A stretch of 61,131 bases of DNA from Pseudomonadota bacterium (GTDB lineage: Bacteria > Desulfobacterota > Desulfarculia > Adiutricales > JAGVGV01), in NCBI GenBank assembly GCA_018830135.1, contig JAHJTB010000059.1, forward strand, positions 1 through 61,131. The letters run 5' to 3'. Below are positions 19,361-29,757 of the stretch, in pieces (position 1 is the stretch's first letter; the number at the start of each line of letters is the position of its first letter). The notes below the pieces were generated by a model that worked only from the letters and a program-made list of their open reading frames with translations, made no database searches and was not told the origin of the DNA. The position numbers were made by a program, and so were the translations under genes.

Positions 19361-21589
19361 CTACGAAGCTCGCTCCGGTTCGGGCTTCAGCACGAGCATC
19401 CCCAGGGGCGGCAGGGTCAGGCGCAGGCTGTATGGGCGGCCGTGGCAGACGGTCTCCTCGGCCCGGACGCCGCCGCCCAGTCCGACGTTCGAGCCGCCGT
19501 AAATCGACGCGTCCGAGTTGAGCAGTTCGCGATAGTATCCGGGGCCCGGCACGCCGATGCGGTAGCCGTCCCGGACGATCGGCGTGAAGTTGAACACGAA
19601 GAGCAGGCGCTCGTCCGGGTCCAGGCCCTTTCGGATGAACGAGACCACGGACGCTTCCACGTCCCGGAAGTCGATCCATTCGAATCCGTCCGGAGAAAAG
19701 TCCTGTTCGTACATGGCCGGCTCGGAACGATAGAGGCGGTTGAGGTCCCGGACAAAGCCCTGGAGACCCCGATGGGGTTCGTACTCGAGCAGATTCCAGT
19801 CCAGGGCCCGGTCGTGATCCCATTCCGACCACTGGCCCAGTTCACCGCCCATGAAAAGCATCTTCTTGCCCGGCTCGCCGTACATATACCCCAGGAGCAG
19901 GCGCAGGTTGGCCTGTTTCCGCCAGTCGTCGCCAGGCATCTTACCCAGGAGCGAGGCCTTTTCGTGGACGACTTCGTCATGGGACAGGGGCAGGATGAAG
20001 TTTTCATGAAATGCGTAGAGCAGGGCAAACGTGAGGCGTTCCATGTGGTAGCGCCGATGGACCGGGTCCTGGCTCATGAACTCGATCATGTCGTGCATCC
20101 AGCCCATGTTCCATTTGAACAAGAATCCGAGGCCGCCGAGATGGACCGGCCGGGAGACGCCGGGCCAGGCCGTGGATTCCTCGGCAATGGTCATTACCCC
20201 GGGAAAATGCTCGTAGACCTTGGTGTTGAAGGTCTTGATCAGCTCGATGGCCTCCAGGTTTTCCCGTCCGCCGTAACGGTTGGGAATCCATTCCCCCTCT
20301 TTTCGGGAGTAGTCCAGGTAGATCATGGAAGCGACCGCGTCGACCCGGAGGCCGTCGATGTGGAACTTGTCCAACCAGAACAAGGCGTTGGATATCAGGA
20401 AGTTCTTGACCTCGTTGCGGCCGTAATTGAAGATCAAGGTGCCCCAGTCCTGATGGGCTCCCAGTCGCGGATCGGCATGTTCATACAGGTGCGTGCCGTC
20501 GAAAAACTCCAGGGCATGGGGGTCCCGGGGAAAGTGGGCCGGCACCCAGTCCAGGATCACGCCGAGACCCTCGGCGTGGCAGCGATCCACCAGGTACATC
20601 AGGTCCTCCGGGGCGCCGAAACGGGAAGTCGCGGCGAAATACCCGGTCACCTGATAGCCCCAGGAGCCGTCGAAGGGATGCTCGGCCAGGGGCAGGAACT
20701 CGATGTGGGTGAAGCCCATCTCCTTGACGTAGGGGATCAGTGCATCGGCCGCCTCGCGGTAACTCAGCCAGCTGCCGTCTTCGTGGCGTCGCCAGGAGCC
20801 CAGGTGGACCTCGTAAACGGCCATGGGTTGGCGCATGACCTCGGCCCGGCTTCGCGCGGCCATCCATTCCTGGTCGGTCCAGGTAAAACCGCTCAGGTCG
20901 CAGACGACCGAGGCGGTCTTGGGACGCTTTTCCATCTGGAATGCGTAAGGGTCGGCCTTGAGCAGAAGGGTGCCGTCCCCGGATCGGATTTCAAATTTGT
21001 AGATCAGGCCGTGTCCGAGATGCGGGACGAAAATCTCCCAGACTCCGGAGTTTCCCCGCTCGCGCATCGGGTGTCTTCTGCCGTCCCACTGGTTGAAGTC
21101 GCCGATCAGGCTGACCCGGGCGGCCGACGGAGCCCAGACCGCGAACAGGACGCCGGGCACGCCTTGGTGATGCCAGGGATGGGCGCCCAGCTTTTCGTAA
21201 ATCTGGTAGTGGTTGCCCTGGTTGAACAGGTAGAGGTCGTAATCGGACAGGGCCGGCTCGAAAGAGTAGGCGTCGTAAAACGTCGAGAACCGGCCCGGCT
21301 CGAACTCGACCCGCAACCGGTAGGGACGGAAGGTGTACGGTCCCGGGACCAGGGCTTCAAAAAACCCTTCGGAATCGATCTCCTCGGCCGGGACTTCCCC
21401 GGCCAGGTCCGGGTGCAGAACGACCACGGATCGCGCCCCGGGCAGCCAGGCCCGGATGACCGCTCCGTCCCGGCCTTGGACTTTGTGGCTGTGGGCGCCG
21501 AGCAGATCGAAGGGATCGGCCACTTCACCCGATCGAATCGCTTTGAACTGGTCCGGGGACAAGGTCCCCTTGAGATTTTGCTTCAGCAC
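19361..21589 (-). CDS. glgB: 1,4-alpha-glucan branching enzyme
   Basis: 742 aa. GH13 motifs DWVPAHF, GLRVDAVASM, IAEESTAWP and LSHDEV. Confidence 0.95.
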   Translation of the reverse strand: MLKQNLKGTLSPDQFKAIRSGEVADPFDLLGAHSHKVQGRDGAVIRAWLPGARSVVVLHPDLAGEVPAEEIDSEGFFEALVPGPYTFRPYRLRVEFEPGRFSTFYDAYSFEPALSDYDLYLFNQGNHYQIYEKLGAHPWHHQGVPGVLFAVWAPSAARVSLIGDFNQWDGRRHPMRERGNSGVWEIFVPHLGHGLIYKFEIRSGDGTLLLKADPYAFQMEKRPKTASVVCDLSGFTWTDQEWMAARSRAEVMRQPMAVYEVHLGSWRRHEDGSWLSYREAADALIPYVKEMGFTHIEFLPLAEHPFDGSWGYQVTGYFAATSRFGAPEDLMYLVDRCHAEGLGVILDWVPAHFPRDPHALEFFDGTHLYEHADPRLGAHQDWGTLIFNYGRNEVKNFLISNALFWLDKFHIDGLRVDAVASMIYLDYSRKEGEWIPNRYGGRENLEAIELIKTFNTKVYEHFPGVMTIAEESTAWPGVSRPVHLGGLGFLFKWNMGWMHDMIEFMSQDPVHRRYHMERLTFALLYAFHENFILPLSHDEVVHEKASLLGKMPGDDWRKQANLRLLLGYMYGEPGKKMLFMGGELGQWSEWDHDRALDWNLLEYEPHRGLQGFVRDLNRLYRSEPAMYEQDFSPDGFEWIDFRDVEASVVSFIRKGLDPDERLLFVFNFTPIVRDGYRIGVPGPGYYRELLNSDASIYGGSNVGLGGGVRAEETVCHGRPYSLRLTLPPLGMLVLKPEPERAS

Positions 21590-21627
21590 GAATGATGCCT
21601 GCCTTTACCCGCCGATTATCCGGCCTG

Positions 21628-24180
21628 TTACGCCCAGACGACCATGCCGGTGACAAAGGGGTTCTCGATACGTCGGGAACTGGGGGTGACGCGGACGGTG
21701 TAGCCGAAACGGCCGGTTTCGTTGCAGGGAATTTGCCCGACGTACTCGCTGATCCCGTCCGACTGGCCGGCCAGGTCCAGGGGTTTGGTTATCCGTTCAA
21801 TGAAATCGCCCTCGTGGTTGAGTGCCCCGAAATAGGCTTCCACGGTCACGTCGTCCGGATGAAAGGAGCCCAGACGGATTCGGGCCGTGATTTCGATCCG
21901 GTCGCCGACCAGCGTTTCCTGGGGCTCACTCGAAGCGACCGATTCGATGGCCACATTCTGCCAGCCGACCATGAGGTTCTTCCGCCATTCGGCCAGTTCG
22001 ATGGCCCCGGCCATGCCGTCCCGCCCCAGACCGTTGTACCGGGCGGAGCAGGGAATGTAGTAGCGCGTGGCGTATTCCTGGACCATGCGGTTCGAGTTGA
22101 AGACCGGCACCAGGCGCTTCAGCCCGGCCCGCATTTTTTCCACCCACTCGCGGGGCAGGCCGTCACCGGACCGGCGGTAGAACAGGGGGCCCACTTCCCG
22201 CGCGAGCAGGTTGTACAGGTCGTGGCTCTCGGTCTCATCCTGATAGGCCAGGTCGTCGTACACCTCGCCGTGGCCGATGGCCCAGCCGAAGTCGCTGTGG
22301 TATCCTTCGTCCCACCAGCCGTCCAGGATGCTCAGGTTCAGGGAGCCGTTGGCCAGGGCCTTCATGCCGCTGGTCCCGCAGGCCTCGAGGGGCCGACGGG
22401 GCGTATTGAGCCAGACGTCGGCGCCGGCGACCATGAGATGGGCGAGGTGGATGTTGTAGTCCTCCAGGAAGACGATCTTGCGGCGAAAACGTTCCTGATG
22501 AGCCAAATGGATGATGTCTTTTATGAATTCCTTGCCTTCGTTGTCCTGGGGATGCGCCTTGCCCGCGATGATGAACTGGATGGGGCGTTCCGGATGGTTG
22601 ATGATGCGGTCCAGACGGTCCGGGTCCCGGAAGAGCAGGGTGGCCCGCTTGTAGGTCGCGAAGCGCCGGGCGAAACCGATGGTCAGGGCATCCGGACTCA
22701 ACACTTCGTAGGCGTCCTGAATGTCGGCCCTGGGCGCGTTGCGCTGTCTGAGCTGTTCGGCCAGGCGGCGGCGGGTAAACGAGACCAGTTGTTCCCGGCA
22801 GCGAATGTGGGTCCGCCACAGTTCGGTGTAGGGTATCTGGTCCGCCTGCTCCCAGACCCGTTCGTGGTCCGGGTCCTCGTCCCAGTTCGGGCCCAGGTAG
22901 CGGTCGAAAAGCCAGTTCAGTTCCCGGGATATCCAGGTCGGAACGTGAATGCCGTTGGTGACCGCATCGATGGGCACGTCCTCCACCGGGTGGTGGGGAA
23001 AGACCTGTTCCCACATGGCCCGGGAGACCTGCCCGTGCAGCTTGCTGACCCCGTTGGTGTGGGCCGAGAGCCGGATGGCCAGGGGCGTCAGGCCGAAGGG
23101 TTCGCTGTCATCCCGGGGATTGACCCGGCCGTACCCGAGCAAGACCCGGAAGTTGATGCCCAGCTCCTTGCAGTAGTCCTCGAAATAGGCCCGGACCAGA
23201 TTGGGATCAAAGGCCTCGTTGCCGGCCGGGACCGGGGTATGGGTCGTGAAGACCGTGCTGGCCTGGACCACTTCCCGGGCTGCGTCAAAAGAGAGTCCCT
23301 TTTCCTTGCGCATCCTGTTGATGCGTTCAAGGGCCGAGAATACGGAGTGTCCCTCGTTCATATGGATGACGGTCGGCTCGATGCCCATGGCCCTTAGAGC
23401 CCGCACCCCGCCAATGCCCAGAACGATCTCCTGCCGCAGCCGCATTTCCCGGTCCCCGCCGTAAAGCTGGGCCGTGGTCTGGCGAATGTCAGGCGGGTTT
23501 TCCGAAATGTTGGTGTCCAGCAGATAGAGCGGAATCCGGCCCACGTCCACCCGCCATATTTGAATCTGCACCGGCTGTCCCTTGAACAGGACCGAAACCG
23601 TCATGGGCCGGCCCTGGTCATCCCGCATCATTTGCACCGGCAGCTTGTCGAACTCGTTGACCGGGTAGGTCTCCATCTGCCAGCCGTCCGCGCTCAGATA
23701 CTGACTGAAATAGCCCTCCTGGTACAAAAGGCCCACCCCGACCAGAGGGAGGTTCAAGTCGCTGGCCGACTTGAGGTGGTCGCCGGACAGAATGCCCAAT
23801 CCGCCGGAGTATATGGGCAGGCAGGCGCTGAGCCCGAACTCGGCCGAAAAATAGGCCACGCTAAACGGTTCGCCGGGGCTGAATTCCCAGTCGTCCGCCT
23901 TGGGGCGGGCCAGATAGCGGTCCAGGTCCTGGATGACCTCGTCCAGAAGGGCCAGAAAACCCGGGTCCTCGGCCATCTCTTCCAGACGTTCCTGGTTGAC
24001 CATGCCCAGCATCCGGACCGGGTTGTGTCCGGAATCGGTCCATACGCCCGGGTCGAGCCGCTGAAACAGATGCCGGATGTTGGCGTGCCAACTGAAGACC
24101 AGGTTGTGGGCCAGCCTCCTGAGGGGCTCCAGGGGCTGGGGCAGCCTTGGAATGACGCGGTATTCCTTCTTAGGCTTCAC
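21628..24180 (-). CDS. glgP: alpha-glucan (maltodextrin/glycogen) phosphorylase
   Basis: 850 aa. GT35 family with PLP-lysine motif EACGTSGMKALANG. GTG start 24180 with AAGGA Shine-Dalgarno. Confidence 0.9.
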   Translation of the reverse strand: MKPKKEYRVIPRLPQPLEPLRRLAHNLVFSWHANIRHLFQRLDPGVWTDSGHNPVRMLGMVNQERLEEMAEDPGFLALLDEVIQDLDRYLARPKADDWEFSPGEPFSVAYFSAEFGLSACLPIYSGGLGILSGDHLKSASDLNLPLVGVGLLYQEGYFSQYLSADGWQMETYPVNEFDKLPVQMMRDDQGRPMTVSVLFKGQPVQIQIWRVDVGRIPLYLLDTNISENPPDIRQTTAQLYGGDREMRLRQEIVLGIGGVRALRAMGIEPTVIHMNEGHSVFSALERINRMRKEKGLSFDAAREVVQASTVFTTHTPVPAGNEAFDPNLVRAYFEDYCKELGINFRVLLGYGRVNPRDDSEPFGLTPLAIRLSAHTNGVSKLHGQVSRAMWEQVFPHHPVEDVPIDAVTNGIHVPTWISRELNWLFDRYLGPNWDEDPDHERVWEQADQIPYTELWRTHIRCREQLVSFTRRRLAEQLRQRNAPRADIQDAYEVLSPDALTIGFARRFATYKRATLLFRDPDRLDRIINHPERPIQFIIAGKAHPQDNEGKEFIKDIIHLAHQERFRRKIVFLEDYNIHLAHLMVAGADVWLNTPRRPLEACGTSGMKALANGSLNLSILDGWWDEGYHSDFGWAIGHGEVYDDLAYQDETESHDLYNLLAREVGPLFYRRSGDGLPREWVEKMRAGLKRLVPVFNSNRMVQEYATRYYIPCSARYNGLGRDGMAGAIELAEWRKNLMVGWQNVAIESVASSEPQETLVGDRIEITARIRLGSFHPDDVTVEAYFGALNHEGDFIERITKPLDLAGQSDGISEYVGQIPCNETGRFGYTVRVTPSSRRIENPFVTGMVVWA

Positions 24181-24251
24181 GGTGCAATCATCCTTTTTTT
24201 AAATTATTGAAATAATTTTAGGCCCTTTCCCCGGGCCTCCCCACTTTGGAT

Positions 24252-24280
24252 ATACTATCATCGTTTGACGCACCGGTCAA
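24252..24280 (-). promoter_or_regulatory. candidate sigma-70 promoter for glgP
   Basis: The minus strand reads TTGACC (24280-24275), a 17-nt spacer, then TAGTAT (24257-24252). This is about 70 nt upstream of the glgP start. Confidence 0.4.
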
Positions 24281-24585
24281 CGCGCCAGGCAGGGAAGCGA
24301 GAAAGGACCCGATAATTTCACCTAGCGGGCCGCGGCTCGGGAGGTATTAATAAAACATATCGATTTCAATAAAATATGGCATGATGCTTCGAGGGGAGCC
24401 GGAGTTCCGGTCCCCAGCGGTTGATTTATCTTTTTATAATGTTTAAACCTATACCTTGAAGCGGCCGGGAGCCCAGGCTATGCTAGGAGGAGCGCCCGGT
24501 TTAAAAAAAGGTCTTGACTGAAACTCGGGCCGGGGGTTAAAAGGCATCGCCTACGGACCCGGTTCCATCGGCCCCAGGATGTGGC

Positions 24586-25707
24586 ATGGCCGGACTCGAT
24601 ACAGACGCGGATCGGGATCGATATTATTCGCTGGCCTTGCGCCTGGCCCCCGGGGTGGGTCCGAGGCGTTTCGCCCAGTTGGTCGGGATTTTCGGGACGG
24701 CGGAAGCGGTCTTGAGTGCTCCGGTCGGAGAACTGGCCCGGGTGCCGCGCCTGCCGGGCAGGATCGCCGAGGTCCTGGCCCGGTTCGACTGGCGGGAGCG
24801 GGTCGAGTCGGAGCTGGACCGGGTTCGGGAGTGGGGCTGTCGCCTGATGATCCTCGGCGACGCCGACTATCCCGGGCGCTTGAAAGAGATACATGCGCCT
24901 CCGCCCGTTCTTTGGGTTTCCGGGGACATTCGGCCCGAGGACGAGGCGGCCGTGGCCATTGTCGGCTCCCGGGGCGCCACCGACTACGGCCGGGATACGG
25001 CCAGGCGCCTGGCCGTCGAACTGGCCGAAGCCGGCGTTACGGTTGTCAGCGGACTGGCCATCGGTATCGACGCCGCGGCCCATCGGGGAGCTCTGGAGGC
25101 CGGGGGGCGGACCTTCGCTGTTCTGGGCTGCGGTCTGGACGTGGTGTATCCCCGGCCCAACGTGGACCTTCACCATCAAGTGCCCCGGGCCGGGGCCCTG
25201 ATCAGCGAATTTCCGATGGCCACCAGTCCCGAACCCGGCCACTTTCCGGTCCGCAACCGGGTCATCGCCGGCCTGTCCATCGCCGTGGTGGTGGTCGAGG
25301 CGGCTGAACGGAGCGGGGCGCTGATCACGGCCCGGCTGGCCCTCGAGGAGAATCGCGACGTGCTGGCGGTTCCCGGCCGGGTGGGGTCGATCAAAAGTCG
25401 CGGGACCCACGCCCTGCTCAAACAGGGCGCCCGGCTGGTGGAAACCGGACGGGACGTCATCGAGGAGGTCGCTCCGCAGCTGGCCGGACGACTCGGAAAG
25501 CCACGGACCCCCGTCGGGGCCGGGGTTCGGATGGACGCGGATGAAGAACGGGTCTGGTTGGTCTTGAACGACGAACCGCTTCACATCGACCCCCTGTGCA
25601 GAAAACTGGGTCTGTCCCCGTCCCGACTGGCCCCCATGCTCCTGAGCCTCGAACTCAAGGGGCTGGTCAAACAACTGCCGGGAACGCGCTATATAAGGAT
25701 GAATTGA
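24586..25707 (+). CDS. dprA: DNA-processing protein DprA
   Basis: 373 aa. DprA/Smf Rossmann domain (VVSGLAIGIDAAAHRGAL, GALISEFP) plus a C-terminal winged helix. Confidence 0.9.
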   Translation: MAGLDTDADRDRYYSLALRLAPGVGPRRFAQLVGIFGTAEAVLSAPVGELARVPRLPGRIAEVLARFDWRERVESELDRVREWGCRLMILGDADYPGRLKEIHAPPPVLWVSGDIRPEDEAAVAIVGSRGATDYGRDTARRLAVELAEAGVTVVSGLAIGIDAAAHRGALEAGGRTFAVLGCGLDVVYPRPNVDLHHQVPRAGALISEFPMATSPEPGHFPVRNRVIAGLSIAVVVVEAAERSGALITARLALEENRDVLAVPGRVGSIKSRGTHALLKQGARLVETGRDVIEEVAPQLAGRLGKPRTPVGAGVRMDADEERVWLVLNDEPLHIDPLCRKLGLSPSRLAPMLLSLELKGLVKQLPGTRYIRMN

Positions 25708-28118
25708 TGGCCAAATCGCTTCTCATCGTCGAATCGCCGGCCAAGGCCAGAACGATCGGCAAATACCTGGGGTCCAACTTCGAGGTCAGGGCCTCGGTCG
25801 GACACATCCGCGACCTGCCCGTCAATCGACTCGGGGTGGATGTCGAGGAAGGCTTTGCTCCGGAATACGTGACCATCCAGGGCAAGCAGAAAATCATCAA
25901 CGAACTGAAAAAAGCGGCCCAGGGCAAGGAAACCATTTATCTGGGGCCGGACCCGGACCGGGAGGGCGAAGCCATCGCCTGGCACATCGCCGATATTCTC
26001 AAGGGCAAGGATCGTGATTTCAGACGCGTTCTGTTCCACGAACTGACGCCGTCGGCCATCCTAAGCGCCATCGAGCATCCGGAGACGCTTTCCGAGCAGC
26101 GTTTCGAGTCCCAGCAGGCCCGCCGCATCCTCGACCGCCTGGTCGGGTATCGCCTCTCGCCCTTGCTGTGGGACAAGGTCAAGCGCGGACTTTCCGCGGG
26201 CCGCGTCCAGTCGGTGGCCTTGCGGATCATAACCGACCGGGAGCGAGAGATTTTCGCCTTCAAGCCCGAAGAGTACTGGAGCCTGGCCGCCCGGCTTCTG
26301 GCCGAAGGCGTCGAGTTCTCCGCCCGCCTGTTCAAGCAGGACGGAAAAAGGATCGAACTGAAAACCGGCGACCAGGCCGGGGACGTGGTCCGGAGTCTTC
26401 AGGAGGCCCGCTTCACGGTCAAGGAAGTCGTCTCCAAGGAACGCAAACGTCACGCGGCCCCGGCGTTCACCACCAGCCAGCTTCAGCAGGAGGCCTTTGG
26501 CCGTCTCCGGCTGCCGGCCCGCCAGACCATGCGTCTGGCCCAGCAGCTTTACGAGGGCCTGGAACTGGGCTCCGAAGGATCGGTCGGCCTGATCACCTAC
26601 ATGCGGACGGATTCGGTCCGGGTGGCCGACACGGCCCTTTCCGAAGTCCGCCAGCTCATCCAGGCTCGGTTCGGCAAGGAATATCTGCCGGCCCGGCCCC
26701 TGCACTATCGGAACAAAAAGGGCTCCCAGGACGCCCACGAGGCGATCCGGCCCACCTCGGCCGCCCGCACCCCGGAGCAGGTCAGCCGATATCTGTCCGG
26801 TTCCCTGCTGGCCTTGTACGAGCTGATCTGGCGGCGTTTCGTGGCCAGCCAGATGAACCCCGCCATTTTCGACCAGACCACGGCCGATATCGAGGCCGGT
26901 CCTTATCTCTTCCGGGCCACCGGCTCGGTGATCCGATTCAAGGGCTTCCTCGAGGTTTACGACCGGCCGTCCAAGGACGACCGCGAGATTCTCCCGCCGC
27001 TTACCCAGGGACAGCCCCTCGAACTGCTCGAACTGCTGCCCCGGCAGCACTTCACCCAGCCGCCCCCGCGCTTCACCGAGGCCACCCTGGTCAAGGAGCT
27101 GGAGGAGAACGGGATCGGACGTCCCAGCACGTACGCCCAGATCATTTCAACCCTTCGGGACAAGGAATACGTGGCCTCGAACAAGGGCCAGCTATCGCCC
27201 ACCGAGCTGGGGTTCATCGTCAGCGACTTGCTGGTCGAGAGCTTTCCCCGGATCATGAACGTGGAGTTCACGGCGGGCATGGAAAACGAGCTGGATGAAA
27301 TCGAGGAAGGCCGGGTCCGCTGGCAGGATGTGCTGGACAAGTTTTTCCAGCCCTTTGAAGTCGACGTGGTCCGGGCGGCCGAGACCATGCAGTCCCTGAA
27401 ACGGGACGGGCTGAAGACGGACCTGACCTGCGACAAATGCGCATCGAACATGGTCCTCAAATACGGCCGCAACGGCCCCTTCCTGTCCTGTGATCGCTAT
27501 CCCGAGTGCCGGAACGCCTTTGATTTCACCCGGGACGACCAGGGCCGCATGGTGCCGGTCAAACAGGAGCCGGCCGCTACGGACGAGACCTGCGACAAGT
27601 GCGGCAAGCCCATGGTCATGAAGAACGGCCGATACGGTCCCTTCCTGGCCTGCTCCGGCTACCCCGAATGCAAGAACACGCGCCCCCTCAACGGAGCCCT
27701 CGTCCCGGAAAACCTGGAACTGCCCGAAGGCATGGACCCGGTATGCGACAAGTGTGGAGGGAAGATGGCGGTCAAGCGGAACCGCCAGGGAAGCCTGTTC
27801 ATCGCCTGCGACAATTACCCCAAGTGCAAGAACACCAGGCCCTACCCCACCGGGGTCAAATGTCCCAAAAAGAACTGCGACGGCGATCTGGTCGAGCGTT
27901 CATCAAAGCGGGGCGTGTTCTACGGATGCACGAACTACCCGAAATGCCGGACCACCCTGCGCACCCGCCCGGTCAACCAGGCCTGCCCGGTCTGCGGTCA
28001 CCCGTTCCTGGTCGAATCCCCGCAGGACAAACAGACCGGGGAGAAGGAGTCCAGGGGCGGGCTCGTCTGTCCCGGCAAGGACTGCGACTACCGCTCCTCG
28101 GAACCGGACCGGGCCTGA
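25707..28118 (+). CDS. topA: DNA topoisomerase I
   Basis: Toprim N-terminus (LLIVESPAKARTIGKYLG), catalytic Tyr region (ITYMRTDS) and five C-terminal Cys4 zinc ribbons. I chose ATG 25707 (TGATG overlap with the dprA stop); the track ORF starts 37 codons earlier. Confidence 0.95.
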   Translation: MAKSLLIVESPAKARTIGKYLGSNFEVRASVGHIRDLPVNRLGVDVEEGFAPEYVTIQGKQKIINELKKAAQGKETIYLGPDPDREGEAIAWHIADILKGKDRDFRRVLFHELTPSAILSAIEHPETLSEQRFESQQARRILDRLVGYRLSPLLWDKVKRGLSAGRVQSVALRIITDREREIFAFKPEEYWSLAARLLAEGVEFSARLFKQDGKRIELKTGDQAGDVVRSLQEARFTVKEVVSKERKRHAAPAFTTSQLQQEAFGRLRLPARQTMRLAQQLYEGLELGSEGSVGLITYMRTDSVRVADTALSEVRQLIQARFGKEYLPARPLHYRNKKGSQDAHEAIRPTSAARTPEQVSRYLSGSLLALYELIWRRFVASQMNPAIFDQTTADIEAGPYLFRATGSVIRFKGFLEVYDRPSKDDREILPPLTQGQPLELLELLPRQHFTQPPPRFTEATLVKELEENGIGRPSTYAQIISTLRDKEYVASNKGQLSPTELGFIVSDLLVESFPRIMNVEFTAGMENELDEIEEGRVRWQDVLDKFFQPFEVDVVRAAETMQSLKRDGLKTDLTCDKCASNMVLKYGRNGPFLSCDRYPECRNAFDFTRDDQGRMVPVKQEPAATDETCDKCGKPMVMKNGRYGPFLACSGYPECKNTRPLNGALVPENLELPEGMDPVCDKCGGKMAVKRNRQGSLFIACDNYPKCKNTRPYPTGVKCPKKNCDGDLVERSSKRGVFYGCTNYPKCRTTLRTRPVNQACPVCGHPFLVESPQDKQTGEKESRGGLVCPGKDCDYRSSEPDRA

Positions 28119-28133
28119 TTCGTCCGGCCCGGT
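28108..28133. terminator. hairpin between convergent topA and sulfatase genes (weak bidirectional terminator candidate)
   Basis: ACCGGGCC (28108-28115) pairs with GGCCCGGT (28126-28133) around a 10-nt loop that contains the topA stop. The two stop codons are only 16 nt apart. Only TTT follows the stem. Confidence 0.3.
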
Positions 28134-28134
28134 T

Positions 28135-29742
28135 TCAGGCCGGCGCCTCCACCTCGAGGGGGTGTTCGCGGCCCCGGGGCAGGCTGTCGTACAGGTCCGC
28201 CGTCAGATCGGACCTGACCCCCCGATAACCCGGGTCGTCCCAGAGATTGTGCCACTGGTGAGGGTCCTCGTCGACCCGGTACAACTCGCCTTCACTGCCG
28301 TCGTATCCAAGGCCGCAGCCTTCGAAGGCCTCCCGGCCGATAAAGTTTCGCAGCCCTTCCGGAATGTGCTTTTCCGCTCCCGTCGGCCGGCCGATGGTGC
28401 TGGGTTCGTACCGGGTCAGCAGCCAGCCGTCGCGATAGATGGTCCGGAGATGCATGCCGTAGCCCGGGAACTGGCTGTCCCACTCGCAGAGCACCCGTTC
28501 CCGGCCGTCGTCCGCGGACACGGGCAGTTGCCGTCCCTCCATCCACTCGGGCCGATCGAGCCCGGCAATGGCGCAAAAAGTGGGCGCCAGGTCCACCTGA
28601 CCCACGGGCTGGTCGAGGATGGCCGGCGCGATTCCGGCGGAGGGGGCGGGACGCCAGACCAGGGGTAGGCGGAGAAGGGAGTCGACGTGAAACGGTCCCT
28701 TGTAGATGAAGCCGAAGTCGCCCTGCATCTCGCCGTGGTCCGTGGTGAAGAAGACGTCGGTGTCCAGATCCCAGCCCCTGGCCTCGATCCGTTCCATCAC
28801 CCGGCCGCAGGCCTCGTCGATCAGTTCGTTCATGACATGGGTCTTGGCGTTGATTTCCAGGATGTTCTCCCGGGTCAGCCGGCCGGGGCGGTAATTGCCC
28901 GGTCCCCCCTCCCGGTTGACCCAGGCGCCTTGGTAACAGGCGGACCAGTGGCCCGGTTTTTGGGACAGGATGGCCCGGATTCGGTCGTCGGAGCCCGGAT
29001 GACCGGGGGGCAGTTCCAGTTCCCGCCAGGGGACCCGATCCAGCTCCGAGGCGGGCGGGTCCCAGGGGTGGTGCGGGTCGGGAAAGCTCATCCAGACGAA
29101 CCAGTCATCCCGGTCGTCCAGGGAGTCGAGGAAGGCAATGGTTTGGTCGGCGACCCAGTCGGTATGGTACCATGGACGGGGTATGGGGTTGTTTTTGGTT
29201 TCCGGGGCGCCCGTGTCGCCGCCGCCCTCGGCGTCCAGAAGCGGGGCGAACGAGGCGACATGCTCCGGGTGGTTTTTTTTCAGCCATCGCCCGTAATGGG
29301 CCACGGCGGCCCGGCCGAAGGCCGGGATGTGCTGGGCCTGGATCGAAACGTCGAACCCCCGCCAGTATCCGGTTTCGCCCCGGGCGGCCCTTGTATTTTC
29401 CCGCCAGCGGCCGGTCAGGTCGAAGCCGGGTTCGAAGTGGGCCTTGCCGAGCAGCGCGGTCTTGTACCCGGCCTTTTCCTTGAGATAGGCGGCCACGCCG
29501 GGGGCGTCCTCCGGCAGGGGAACGCCGTTGGCGATCACGCCGTGGGTCCGCACGTACTGGCCGGTGAGCATGGTCGAGCGGGCCGGCATGCAGACCGGAT
29601 TCTGGCAGTAGGCCCGGCGGAAGCGGACGCCCCCGGCGGCCAGCCGATCCACGACCGGCGTGCGGGCCACGGAACCGCCATTGCAGCCTAGCGAATCGTA
29701 ACGCTGCTGATCGGTGGTGATGAAGAGAATTTTGCGTCCCAT
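28135..29742 (-). CDS. type-I sulfatase, Cys-type, cytoplasmic (no signal peptide)
   Basis: 535 aa. N-terminus ILFITTDQQRYD (metal-ligand region) and canonical formylglycine motif C-M-P-A-R-S-T-M-L-T-G (nt 29578-29592 for CMPAR). GGAGGTGG Shine-Dalgarno before ATG 29742. Confidence 0.85.
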   Translation of the reverse strand: MGRKILFITTDQQRYDSLGCNGGSVARTPVVDRLAAGGVRFRRAYCQNPVCMPARSTMLTGQYVRTHGVIANGVPLPEDAPGVAAYLKEKAGYKTALLGKAHFEPGFDLTGRWRENTRAARGETGYWRGFDVSIQAQHIPAFGRAAVAHYGRWLKKNHPEHVASFAPLLDAEGGGDTGAPETKNNPIPRPWYHTDWVADQTIAFLDSLDDRDDWFVWMSFPDPHHPWDPPASELDRVPWRELELPPGHPGSDDRIRAILSQKPGHWSACYQGAWVNREGGPGNYRPGRLTRENILEINAKTHVMNELIDEACGRVMERIEARGWDLDTDVFFTTDHGEMQGDFGFIYKGPFHVDSLLRLPLVWRPAPSAGIAPAILDQPVGQVDLAPTFCAIAGLDRPEWMEGRQLPVSADDGRERVLCEWDSQFPGYGMHLRTIYRDGWLLTRYEPSTIGRPTGAEKHIPEGLRNFIGREAFEGCGLGYDGSEGELYRVDEDPHQWHNLWDDPGYRGVRSDLTADLYDSLPRGREHPLEVEAPA

Positions 29743-29757
29743 TTTCCACCTCCACGC

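Noticed and set aside
24377-24392. TGGCAT...GCTT sigma-54-like sequence in the glgP/dprA spacer.
   Set aside because: The spacing between GG and GC does not fit the strict -24/-12 geometry.
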